A DNA stretch of 64,000 nucleotides from an uncultured Alphaproteobacteria bacterium (GTDB lineage Bacteria > Pseudomonadota > Alphaproteobacteria > HIMB59 > GCA-002718135): positions 21,928-85,927 of the forward strand of contig CACHAQ010000005.1 in NCBI GenBank assembly GCA_902577905.1, written 5' to 3'. A model generated the notes under the pieces. The model ran no database searches, was not told the DNA's origin, and saw only the letters and a program-made list of their open reading frames with translations. A program made the translations under genes and the position numbers. Shown one piece after another: positions 46,053-55,046 of the stretch (the stretch's first letter is position 1; each line of letters begins with the position of its first letter).

Positions 46053-47294
46053 TTAGTTTATTGTTTCACCAATACTTATATATTCTTGTCCACTTACAAT
46101 TAAATTGACTGTCTCGGGTAATCCAGAAACCCACATGCCATCTATTGTATCCTTGATTGTTTTGGTTGGATAGAAAGTAACTTTATTATCATTATCTACA
46201 GCTTTAACACCTACAGTCCCATCGTCTAATAAAGTTAATATAGAAGGCGGTATTTTGTGAGCTTTAAGTTCTGAGCCTTTGATAACAATTTTAGTTGTTA
46301 TGCCACTTTTATAAGAGAGATCTTTGTTATCAGCTTGAATAGTAATTTCGAATGTTCTAGTACTAGTTTCAGCTGATGGAGAAATAAAAGAAATTATTCC
46401 ATTTTTTTTAATACCATTACTATCTTCGATTAAAGCTTTAGTACCAACACTTACTTTATTTACATCAAATTCAGATAAATAACCTTCAATCTTGATAGGG
46501 TCTAAATCAATTATAGTAAATAGGGGAGTGCCTATTGAGATGAATTCAGTTTCCTCAACCATTTTTTCTGAAATAATTCCATCAAATGGCGCCTTGATAG
46601 TAGTTTTTTCTATATCAAGTTTTATGTTCTTTAAAATTGATTTTACATTTGAAATTTGAGCCTCAAGGTTTGCTAAGGTTGATTCAAATTTAATTTTAAT
46701 ATCTTCTCTATCCGCTTGAGCATTGGCAAGATTAAAAGATGCTAAACTTAATTTTGATTTTGAACTTAAACCTTTATCAATAAGTTGTTTTGCAGATGCA
46801 TATTCAATTTCATACAATTCAATTCTTTCAACATTTTGTCTAAGTAGATTATCTCTGTTTTTTTCATTTAAAATTAGTTCTTTATTGAGTCTTTCTAAAT
46901 CTTTTTTTGCACTAGAAAGCTTTTCATTTCTATCCTCTAGTGAGATTGTAATCATTTCAGCATTTTGAGATACTCTATCTCCTCTTGCAAATTCTATATT
47001 ATCTATGTTGCCAGATGTTTCAGATTTAACATCAATTTTTTTATTATGAATAGTTTGACCTTGTAATTCAATAGATTGATCAATTAAACTGGAAGTAAAT
47101 ACCTTTGTTTCAACAGAAAATGTAAATTCTTCATTATCATTATTTTCTGTATCTCCAGAATAAGAAGTTTCTGTTTCAGTGCTAGTTTCTGTATCTTCGT
47201 CTTGCGCAACAACATTATTTGTAAATTGACCAGAACCAATCCATCCAACAACAGTGGCAAGTATTATGAAGGCTATAAATATTGATCTTTTCAT
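46053..47294 (-). CDS. RND efflux periplasmic adaptor (membrane fusion protein, HlyD/AcrA family)
   Basis: 413 aa with an N-terminal anchor, an acidic T/E/D-rich linker, a coiled-coil hairpin, and a beta-barrel (IKAPFDGIISEK lipoyl-like motif). Confidence 0.85.
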   Translation of the reverse strand: MKRSIFIAFIILATVVGWIGSGQFTNNVVAQDEDTETSTETETSYSGDTENNDNEEFTFSVETKVFTSSLIDQSIELQGQTIHNKKIDVKSETSGNIDNIEFARGDRVSQNAEMITISLEDRNEKLSSAKKDLERLNKELILNEKNRDNLLRQNVERIELYEIEYASAKQLIDKGLSSKSKLSLASFNLANAQADREDIKIKFESTLANLEAQISNVKSILKNIKLDIEKTTIKAPFDGIISEKMVEETEFISIGTPLFTIIDLDPIKIEGYLSEFDVNKVSVGTKALIEDSNGIKKNGIISFISPSAETSTRTFEITIQADNKDLSYKSGITTKIVIKGSELKAHKIPPSILTLLDDGTVGVKAVDNDNKVTFYPTKTIKDTIDGMWVSGLPETVNLIVSGQEYISIGETIN

Positions 47295-47363
47295 TAAATA
47301 TCGTACATGTCATATATATTAAAGTTACTAAAAAACAATTTTTTGTTAACTTTATTATCTTTT

Positions 47364-47963
47364 ATGAAATCAAAAAACTGGGTTAATAGACAAAAAAATG
47401 ATCAGTTTGTAAAGAAAGCTAAACAGTTAGGGTATATAAATCGAGCTGCGTTTAAACTAGAAGAGATTGAGCAAAAATATAAAATAATTGAGCAATCTAG
47501 AGAAATACTAGAGCTTGGATCTTCTCCAGGAGGTTGGACTCAAGTCATCTTAAATTACAATTCAAAAACTAATATAACCTGTTTTGATTTATTAGATATG
47601 AAAATTAATAATAAAAGTATAGCTTTCTATAGAGAGGATTTTTTAAAATATAATTTTACTAATTTAAAAAATAAATTTGATTTGGTTTTATCAGATGTTG
47701 CTCCTAATACAACCGGTCATCAATCAACAGATCATCTCAGGATATGTCAATTAATATATGAAGTTATAGACAGATTAGAAATAATATTAAAAAAACAAGG
47801 ATCATTTGTATTCAAAATTTGGAAGGGAGAGGAAGAAAAGGAAATTATAAAGATGCTTAAAAAAATTTTTGATAAAGTTGAGTATTTTAAGCCAAAATCA
47901 TCAAGACAAGAATCAAGTGAAATATTTATAATATCAAGAGGATTTAGATTGCATGAAGAGTAA
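47364..47963 (+). CDS. rlmE: 23S rRNA (uridine-2-prime-O)-methyltransferase RlmE/FtsJ
   Basis: SAM motif LGSSPGGWTQV, DVAPNTTG and FKIWKGEE. A start at 47364 (MKSKNWVNRQKND) aligns with the known RlmE N-terminus. The track start at 47307 would leave only 12 nt to the divergent gene. Confidence 0.85.
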   Translation: MKSKNWVNRQKNDQFVKKAKQLGYINRAAFKLEEIEQKYKIIEQSREILELGSSPGGWTQVILNYNSKTNITCFDLLDMKINNKSIAFYREDFLKYNFTNLKNKFDLVLSDVAPNTTGHQSTDHLRICQLIYEVIDRLEIILKKQGSFVFKIWKGEEEKEIIKMLKKIFDKVEYFKPKSSRQESSEIFIISRGFRLHEE

Positions 47964-49506
47964 ATTAGAAACTATTTTAATTGTAGATTATGGATCACAA
48001 TATACACAATTAATTGCAAGAAGAATCAGAGAGTTAGAAGTCTTCTGTCTTGTCTATCCTTTTAATAAAATTACAAAAAAAATTTTAAATGAAATCAAAC
48101 CATCGGCATTTATATTATCTGGAGGACCTAGATCAGTACTAGACAAAAATGCTCCTAAATTAAATCAAGAAATTTTAAAAATGAAAAAACCAGTTTTAGC
48201 AATTTGCTATGGAATGCAATTAGTAACAAAAAATTTGAAAGGTGTAGTAAAACGTTCCACGCATAGAGAGTATGGTCACACTATTATAAATATTAAAAAA
48301 AAATCACTTTTATTTAAAGGAATTAAGAAGCAAAAAATCAAAGTATGGATGTCTCATGGAGATAATATCAATAAAATACCAAAACTTTTTTCAATAACTT
48401 CTTTATCAAATAATAAAATTATTTCATCTATTGAAAATTATAAAAATAAAATTTATTGCCTTCAATTTCATCCTGAGGTCTATCATACAGATTTTGGTTC
48501 AAAAATAATTAATAATTTTGTTTTCAATATTGTAACTATAAAAAATAAATTCAAAATTCAAAAATTTATTGAAAATAAAGTATCAGAATTAAAAAATGAA
48601 ATTAAGAATAAAAAAATAATCTGTGGTTTATCTGGAGGTGTAGATTCCACAGTTACTGCATATTTATTAAGCAAAGCCGTTAACAAAAATCTCTATTGTA
48701 TTTTTGTTGATCACGGTCTTCTAAGAAAAAATGAAGCTAACGAAGTGTCAAAAATATTTTCCAAAAAATTTGGCAAAAACTTTACTAAAATAAATGCTTC
48801 TAATATTTTTTTAAAAAATTTAAAAAATGTTTCTGATCCTGAGAAAAAAAGAAAAATTATTGGCAAAACATTTATAGAAGTTTTTGATAAAGCAGCTAAA
48901 AAAATAACAAACGTAGATTATTTGGGGCAGGGGACTCTTTATCCTGATATTATAGAAAGTATTCCATTTTTTGGTGGTCCTACAGCTAAAATCAAAAGTC
49001 ACCATAATGTTGGGGGTTTACCAAAAAAAATGAAATTAAAAATTGTGGAGCCATTAAGAGAATTGTTTAAAGATGAGGTAAGAAATGTTGGAAGGCAATT
49101 AAAAATAGATAAACATTTACTTTTAAGACATCCTTTCCCAGGTCCAGGTTTAGCAATCCGAATACCTGGTGTAATTGATAAAAAAAAGATCTTAATTCTT
49201 CAAGAGGCAGATCATATTTTTATTGAGTATCTAAAAGAGAAAAATCTTTATAATAAAATTTGGCAAGCTTTTGTTGTTCTTTTGCCAGTAAAATCAGTAG
49301 GTGTTATGGGAGATGAAAGAACATACAATTACTCTGTTTCACTTAGAGCTATTACTTCAGTAGATGGAATGACAGCGGATTTTTATATGTTTTCAAATAT
49401 TCAACTTAAAGAAATATCTTCTCGAATAATTAATAATGTTAAAGGCATTAACAGAGTGTTATATGACTTTACTTCTAAACCTCCAGGAACCATTGAATGG
49501 GAATAA
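47953..49506 (+). CDS. guaA: GMP synthase (glutamine-hydrolysing)
   Basis: 517 aa with GATase Cys (AICYGMQL) and FHPE, PP-loop GLSGGVDS, and a C-terminal dimerisation domain ending PPGTIEWE. Confidence 0.95.
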   Translation: MKSKLETILIVDYGSQYTQLIARRIRELEVFCLVYPFNKITKKILNEIKPSAFILSGGPRSVLDKNAPKLNQEILKMKKPVLAICYGMQLVTKNLKGVVKRSTHREYGHTIINIKKKSLLFKGIKKQKIKVWMSHGDNINKIPKLFSITSLSNNKIISSIENYKNKIYCLQFHPEVYHTDFGSKIINNFVFNIVTIKNKFKIQKFIENKVSELKNEIKNKKIICGLSGGVDSTVTAYLLSKAVNKNLYCIFVDHGLLRKNEANEVSKIFSKKFGKNFTKINASNIFLKNLKNVSDPEKKRKIIGKTFIEVFDKAAKKITNVDYLGQGTLYPDIIESIPFFGGPTAKIKSHHNVGGLPKKMKLKIVEPLRELFKDEVRNVGRQLKIDKHLLLRHPFPGPGLAIRIPGVIDKKKILILQEADHIFIEYLKEKNLYNKIWQAFVVLLPVKSVGVMGDERTYNYSVSLRAITSVDGMTADFYMFSNIQLKEISSRIINNVKGINRVLYDFTSKPPGTIEWE

Positions 49507-49628
49507 TATAAATTATTGATTTTGTTATATTTTTAAATTTAAGATTTATTTATGCATTTTAAGAATTACTAAATTGCTTATATCGTATTATTAAAAAGAC
49601 GCATTTAAACTAACCTCAAATTTAAATT

Positions 49629-49634
49629 AGGAGG
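49629..49634 (+). promoter_or_regulatory. Strong Shine-Dalgarno (AGGAGG) 9 nt upstream of the SBP ATG
   Basis: TTAGGAGGTATAATCAAATG read directly. Together with potF, this is the second perfect SD in the window, and both precede binding-protein genes. Confidence 0.6.
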
Positions 49635-49643
49635 TATAATCAA

Positions 49644-50621
49644 ATGAAAATATTTTTAATATTTATTACTTCAGTTCTCTTATCTTTCAATAGCTTTGCT
49701 AATACTAAAATATCTTTTGCTTTAGATTGGAAATTTGAAGGGCCAAGTGCACCTTATTTCTATGCAATAGATAAAGGATATTTTGGTGAAGAAAACTTAG
49801 AAGTTGAAATATCTGCAGGTAAAGGATCCTTAGATGCAATTCCAAAAGTTGCAACAGGAGCTTTTCCTATTGGCTTTGCAGATATAAACAGTTTAATCAA
49901 ATTCTTAGATCAAAATCCTGGAGCGCCAGTTATGGCAGTTATGATGGTTTATGATAAACCTCCATTTGCAATTGCTGGAAGAAAAAGTCTTGGTGTTACA
50001 ACTCCATCTGATTTAGAGGGAAAAATTCTTGGTGCGCCACCACCTGATGGTGCATGGGCACAATTCCCACCATTTGCTTCTGCAAATAATATTAATGTTG
50101 ATAATATAACAGTGGAGCCAGTAGGTTTCCCAACAAGAGAACCGATGTTAGCTGAAAAAAACGTTGATGCTATAACAGGGTTTTCATTTTCAATGTTTTT
50201 AAATTTAGTTCGCCTTGGTGTTCCTGAGGATGATATATCAATTATGTTGATGGCAAACTATGGATTAGAATTATATGGTAATGCCATAATAGTTAACACT
50301 GATTATGCGGATGCAAATCCTGAAATAGTTAAAGGTTTTTTAAAAGCTGTATCTAAAGGATGGACTGATGCTATGAAAAATCCTGAAGAAGCAGTGAAGA
50401 GCATGGTTGAGCGAAATCCAGCTGCTGATTTAGCTTTAGAGACTAGAAGATTAATACTAGCAATAGAAGGAAATGTTAATACTGATTACGTAAAAGAAAA
50501 CGGTATGGGTAATATTGACATTGCAAGAATGGAAAAAGCTTTAGGACAGTTAGCAGAAACATACGAATTCTCATCTGATCCAGAGATTTCATCATTTTTT
50601 ACCGATAAATATTTACCTTAA
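49644..50621 (+). CDS. ABC transporter substrate-binding protein, NitT/TauT (NMT1/THI5-like, SsuA/TauA-like) family; substrate unknown
   Basis: 325 aa with a signal peptide (SVLLSFNSFA) and an ISFALDWKFEGPSAPYFYAIDKGYF start typical of NMT1/SsuA-type binding proteins. Confidence 0.8.
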   Translation: MKIFLIFITSVLLSFNSFANTKISFALDWKFEGPSAPYFYAIDKGYFGEENLEVEISAGKGSLDAIPKVATGAFPIGFADINSLIKFLDQNPGAPVMAVMMVYDKPPFAIAGRKSLGVTTPSDLEGKILGAPPPDGAWAQFPPFASANNINVDNITVEPVGFPTREPMLAEKNVDAITGFSFSMFLNLVRLGVPEDDISIMLMANYGLELYGNAIIVNTDYADANPEIVKGFLKAVSKGWTDAMKNPEEAVKSMVERNPAADLALETRRLILAIEGNVNTDYVKENGMGNIDIARMEKALGQLAETYEFSSDPEISSFFTDKYLP

Positions 50622-50630
50622 TATTTTTTT

Positions 50631-50655
50631 ATGGGGTAGACTATTTCTACCCCAT
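50631..50655 (+). other. Intercistronic 10-bp stem-loop after the SBP gene (mRNA stabiliser/attenuator, no T-tract)
   Basis: ATGGGGTAGA (50631..50640), loop CTATT, TCTACCCCAT (50646..50655). Confidence 0.5.
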
Positions 50656-50671
50656 ATACTAATCATTACTT

Positions 50672-51445
50672 ATGCATATCAATATTGAAAAGGTTTCTCA
50701 TCAATATGAAACTAAACAAGGTATGCTTCCTGTTTTAAAGGATCTTTCCCTATCAATTAAAAGAAAAGGATTTACTGCTATAGTTGGACCTTCAGGTTGT
50801 GGAAAATCTACAATAACTAGATTAGTCAGTGGATTAATTAAACCAACTCAAGGTAGTATTTTTATTTCAAATAAAAAAATTACATCCCCACTTTCTACTG
50901 TAGGAATGGCTTTTCAAAATCCAGTTTTGTTAGAATGGAGAAATGTAATTAAAAATATAATTCTTCCACTTGAGATAGTATCAAAAAATGTGACTTATAA
51001 TCAAAAGAGATCGAATGCATTAGATCTGCTTAAGTTAGTGGGATTAGAAGAATTTGAAAATAATTTACCATCCGAATTATCTGGTGGGATGAAACAAAGA
51101 GTTTCACTTTGTAGATCTTTAGTTCATAGCCCAGAGGTCTTAATTTTAGATGAGCCTTTTGCAGCTCTAGATGCATTTACAAAAGAAGATCTGTGGGATG
51201 TTATGCACAAATTAAAAAAAGAAAGAGACTTCACATGTATTTTAATAACTCATGATTTAAGAGAAGCTGTTTATTTAGCTGATCAAGTAATTGTTTTATC
51301 TGGAAGACCAGCTTCATTACAATACGACGTTAAAACTAATTTTAATGAAGAAAAAAAAATTTCTGATTTATATTCATCAGAAGTATCACAATTACTTGCA
51401 ACACTTAGAAATCAAATCGAAATAGCTCAGAATAAGAATGATTAG
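50672..51445 (+). CDS. NitT/TauT-family ABC transporter ATP-binding protein
   Basis: Walker A GPSGCGKST, signature LSGGMKQR, Walker B LILDEPF. 257 aa. Confidence 0.9.
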   Translation: MHINIEKVSHQYETKQGMLPVLKDLSLSIKRKGFTAIVGPSGCGKSTITRLVSGLIKPTQGSIFISNKKITSPLSTVGMAFQNPVLLEWRNVIKNIILPLEIVSKNVTYNQKRSNALDLLKLVGLEEFENNLPSELSGGMKQRVSLCRSLVHSPEVLILDEPFAALDAFTKEDLWDVMHKLKKERDFTCILITHDLREAVYLADQVIVLSGRPASLQYDVKTNFNEEKKISDLYSSEVSQLLATLRNQIEIAQNKND

Positions 51446-52196
51446 AATAAATAATTTTATTATACCTTTATTTAGCCTTATAATTTTTTGTTTGTTATGG
51501 GAATTGTTGGTTTGGTATAATAATTGGCCAAATTATAAAATGGCTTCCCCTTCAGATTTATGGCCAGCATTTTGGAAATTTAAACATCTCTTTTTAATTT
51601 ACGGTTGGGAAACTTTTTGGAGAACTGTTGTAGGATTAATATTGTCTGTTTTTGTAGGATTAAGTTTGGGTATTTTGATGGGATTTTCAAAAACTATTAG
51701 AATAGGCTTATATCCTATTCTTGTTGGTTTTAATGCTATTCCTAAAGCAACAGTAGTTCCAGTAATTGCATTAATATTTGTTGGTATGCACAATATGAAT
51801 ACAATTATAATTGTAATTCTTATTTCATTTTTCCCCATCTGTGTTTCAATTTCGATTGGATTGTCAACTTTGGAAAGAGAATATGAAGACATACTTTTAT
51901 CTTTAGGTGCGAATAAATTTGAGATTTTTTATAAAATTGCTTTACCAAAAACATTACCAGAATTTTTTGGAGCATTAAAAGTATCAACAACACTCGCTTT
52001 TATTGGAACTAACTTGATGGAGATTATTGAACCCCATGGAAAAGGATTAGGACATTTGTTTGATAGTGGAAAAATTAGCGCAGATTATCCGTTAATGTTT
52101 GCAGTATTGATCACATTGGCTGTTATGGGAATATTTTTATATTATATTGTAGTTTATCTTGAAAATATTTTTGCTGGTTGGGCCATTAGAAAATAA
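51438..52196 (+). CDS. NitT/TauT-family ABC transporter permease
   Basis: 252 aa with six hydrophobic segments and an EAA-type loop (EYEDILLSLGANKFEIFYKIALP). 8-nt overlap with the ATPase gene. Confidence 0.85.
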   Translation: MIRINNFIIPLFSLIIFCLLWELLVWYNNWPNYKMASPSDLWPAFWKFKHLFLIYGWETFWRTVVGLILSVFVGLSLGILMGFSKTIRIGLYPILVGFNAIPKATVVPVIALIFVGMHNMNTIIIVILISFFPICVSISIGLSTLEREYEDILLSLGANKFEIFYKIALPKTLPEFFGALKVSTTLAFIGTNLMEIIEPHGKGLGHLFDSGKISADYPLMFAVLITLAVMGIFLYYIVVYLENIFAGWAIRK

Positions 52197-52250
52197 AGCG
52201 TAGAAAGATAAAGTTTAATAATACAAAATGTAAAATAAAATAGTTAATAT

Positions 52251-52580
52251 TTAATTTACTAACTTAAAAATGTTTCGATTTAAAGATGATATCAGTGCGT
52301 CTAAACTTTCAAATTTCTTGTTTTGATTTTTTGATTTTAAATTATAAAAAATTTTCCTTTTTTTTCTTTCTAGTGATTTATTTAGAATGCATTCTGGAGC
52401 TGCTAGACTATGTTTAAATATATAAAAAAATGCATTATTTTTATTAAAATCAATAGCATAATCTTTCCATTCTCCACTAGAGACTCCTTTAGAATATATA
52501 TTTAAGATTTTAGCTAGCTCATCTTTGGAAAAATAGAGATTGTGATTGTTAGTTGAAGCACTAGATGTTACTAAGCCCAT
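52251..52580 (-). CDS. DUF2794-like conserved alphaproteobacterial protein
   Basis: 109 aa. FSKDELAKILNIYSKGVSSGEWKDYAIDF resembles the DUF2794 core as I remember it. Not verifiable here. Confidence 0.45.
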   Translation of the reverse strand: MGLVTSSASTNNHNLYFSKDELAKILNIYSKGVSSGEWKDYAIDFNKNNAFFYIFKHSLAAPECILNKSLERKKRKIFYNLKSKNQNKKFESLDALISSLNRNIFKLVN

Positions 52581-52604
52581 AAATTAAGAATATAACAAAA
52601 ATTT

Positions 52605-53156
52605 ATGCCTGTAAATGCTCCAAATAATAATTTAGATGTATTAGCACCATCATTTAATCTTAAAAATATTGATGATGAAATGGTTTCTTTAGATAATGCA
52701 AAAGGATTAAATGGTACTGTTATTGTTTTTATATGTAATCATTGTCCATATGTTAAAGCAATTGCAAGTAGATTAAAAAAAGATGCTGATGAGTTACTAG
52801 AGCACTCAATAAATACAATTGCCATTATGTCTAATGATGTAATTAACTATCCCGATGATTCATTTGATAATATGAAAATTTTCTCTGATAAATATAAATT
52901 CAATTTTCCATATCTTTATGATGAAACACAAGATGTGGCAAAAAATTATAATGCTGTTTGTACTCCAGATTTTTTTGGTTTTGATAAAGATCTTAAATTA
53001 AAATATAGAGGTAGAATAGACTCAGGTGTAATGAATGCAAATCTAAATTTAAATATTGAAAGAGATCTTTTCAATGCAATGATTAAAATCAAAAATGAGG
53101 GAGTAGGTCCAACTAATCAAATAAATAGTATTGGTTGTTCAATAAAGTGGAAATAG
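52605..53156 (+). CDS. Thioredoxin-fold (redoxin/AhpC-TSA-like) protein
   Basis: 183 aa with a CxxC-type motif in redoxin context (VIVFICNHCPYVKA). Confidence 0.65.
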   Translation: MPVNAPNNNLDVLAPSFNLKNIDDEMVSLDNAKGLNGTVIVFICNHCPYVKAIASRLKKDADELLEHSINTIAIMSNDVINYPDDSFDNMKIFSDKYKFNFPYLYDETQDVAKNYNAVCTPDFFGFDKDLKLKYRGRIDSGVMNANLNLNIERDLFNAMIKIKNEGVGPTNQINSIGCSIKWK

Positions 53157-53157
53157 T

Positions 53158-53823
53158 ATGAGTGAAGAGAGTAAAAATAATAATTTATTTAGTAAAATAC
53201 AAAATTTTATTTTTAAAAACTACATACAATTAATAATATCCTTAGTAATTTTGCTAATTATATTTATTGGTTTCCAAACATATAATTATTTTAAAATTCA
53301 AGATATTAAAAATTCTAGTATAAGTTTTTTTGATATTATCAATGAAAATAAAAATGATTTAAGTAATTTAGAAATCTTAATTGATGATGACAATATTTTT
53401 TCTATTTTATCAAAATTAAAATTAATTCAGAAAAATAATGAAAATAAAAACTTTGGATACTCTAATGAATTGTATAAAGAATTACTTACTTCATCAAATT
53501 TAGATGATCTTTATAAATCCTCTATCGCTGCTAATGCTTCATACACTATGATTAATGCGTCTTACGAAGAGAATACCAATAATTACTTAAATGATATCTC
53601 TATTTATATAAATAACATTAGTGACGAGTCGGATGGTTATTTTTCAATTAAAAAAGAATTAGAATATTTATTAATCGTTTCAGAAATTGATCTAAATAAA
53701 TCTGAATATATAAATAATTCAAAAGCATTGGATAAATATAATGAAATATTTAATTCAAGTTTAGTTTCTACCTCTGTTAAAGAAAGAGTGAAAAAGATTC
53801 ATGAGTTTCAGCTTTATAAGTAA
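53158..53823 (+). CDS. Membrane-anchored helical protein, YfgM-like by position
   Basis: 221 aa with a single N-terminal TM (IQLIISLVILLIIFIGF). It sits directly upstream of the bamB-like and der genes, as yfgM does in E. coli. The sequence itself is uninformative. Confidence 0.35.
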   Translation: MSEESKNNNLFSKIQNFIFKNYIQLIISLVILLIIFIGFQTYNYFKIQDIKNSSISFFDIINENKNDLSNLEILIDDDNIFSILSKLKLIQKNNENKNFGYSNELYKELLTSSNLDDLYKSSIAANASYTMINASYEENTNNYLNDISIYINNISDESDGYFSIKKELEYLLIVSEIDLNKSEYINNSKALDKYNEIFNSSLVSTSVKERVKKIHEFQLYK

Positions 53824-55045
53824 AATTTCGCTTTATTTATCTTTCATATTTATTATTTCATGTCAGGATACCATTTCATCATTAATAAATAATGAAAATA
53901 TAGACTATGATGATTATACTTTTCAATTAGAAACAGAAGATCGTTTAGATCTTAGTTTTTTTGAACGGTATGAAGATAATGTAATTGATAATTATACATA
54001 TAACGCATCTGATTATAATTTTTTAGATAAAGATCAAAATATAATTAAAATTAATAACTATGAAGCTAAATACAATAACAATAATACAATAAATGTTATA
54101 TACCTTGATCAAAGTATTTACTCTATTAATAAAGAAGGGGATCTCCTAAAGTTTGATTTGAATTCAGGAAAGTTAATTGAAAAAATCAATATTGATTTAG
54201 ATAAAGATAAAAAAATACCTGTATCCTTTTCACTTTACAAGAATGATTTTATTGTTGCATTTATATCAGGAGAAGTTGTCAGAATTAATAAATTAGGGAA
54301 AGTTCTTTGGATATTTAAAAATAAAGATTTATTAAATACACCAGTTAAAATACATGATGACTACCTAATAATATTATATCCTGAAAAAATAGTTTTTTTA
54401 TCAATCTTTAATGGAGATATAATTTTTGAAAAAGATTTTAAATCAAGCAATATAATTCAATCATCAGGTGGAAAAATTTTAAATTATTATAACATTGTTT
54501 TTTTTATACTTCCCAATAGTGAATTTAAGTCATTAGATACATATTTATTTGAGGAACATAGTTTAGACTTTGACAATATTGAGCTCAACACATCATTAAA
54601 TAATCTAAGTGATCAAATACATTTTTATAAAAATTTTTTAGTGTATTTTGATGATGGAAATATCTTTCATACTTATGACATAAATGAAGATAAATTTATA
54701 TTAGTTGATTTTATAATTAATAATTCATTTTCTTCTATTTTATTTAATAATTCATTAATTTCAAAAAATGAAAATTTTATTGAATTTTATAATATTAAGA
54801 ATGGCAATTTATTTTCAAGAATTAATATAAATAAAATACTAAATAAAAATTCAAAAATAATAAATGCGTTTATCATTAATAAAAATATATATTTATTTAT
54901 GGATGATGGGCAAATAATTATTTTTGATCAAAATCTTGAAATACAAGAAACTATTAATCTCAAAATCAAAAATATAAATAAAGTTTATAATTATCAAAAT
55001 AAAATTTTTATAAGTACTGAAAAAGGCATTACTTACATTTATTAA
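53801..55045 (+). CDS. Lipoprotein, BamB-like (outer-membrane assembly beta-propeller) by synteny
   Basis: Lipobox FIFIISC followed by QD. About 400 aa with repetitive beta-strand-like, N/I/K-rich sequence. Located between the yfgM-like gene and der. Confidence 0.45.
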   Translation: MSFSFISKISLYLSFIFIISCQDTISSLINNENIDYDDYTFQLETEDRLDLSFFERYEDNVIDNYTYNASDYNFLDKDQNIIKINNYEAKYNNNNTINVIYLDQSIYSINKEGDLLKFDLNSGKLIEKINIDLDKDKKIPVSFSLYKNDFIVAFISGEVVRINKLGKVLWIFKNKDLLNTPVKIHDDYLIILYPEKIVFLSIFNGDIIFEKDFKSSNIIQSSGGKILNYYNIVFFILPNSEFKSLDTYLFEEHSLDFDNIELNTSLNNLSDQIHFYKNFLVYFDDGNIFHTYDINEDKFILVDFIINNSFSSILFNNSLISKNENFIEFYNIKNGNLFSRININKILNKNSKIINAFIINKNIYLFMDDGQIIIFDQNLEIQETINLKIKNINKVYNYQNKIFISTEKGITYIY

Positions 55046-55046
55046 A

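Noticed and set aside
47130-47200. Acidic T/E/D-rich stretch (…TETSTETETSYSGDTENNDNEE…) in the membrane-fusion protein, as a possible DNA repeat
   Set aside because: It is protein-level low complexity in the linker after the membrane anchor, common in periplasmic adaptors. There is no exact nucleotide tandem repeat.
49507-49643. Possible TPP (THI-box) or other riboswitch upstream of the NMT1/THI5-like binding-protein gene
   Set aside because: I could not find the conserved CUGAGA element or pyrimidine-sensor helix of a THI-box, nor any convincing GC-containing helices. The spacer is almost pure A/T. A covariance-model scan is still needed to be definitive.
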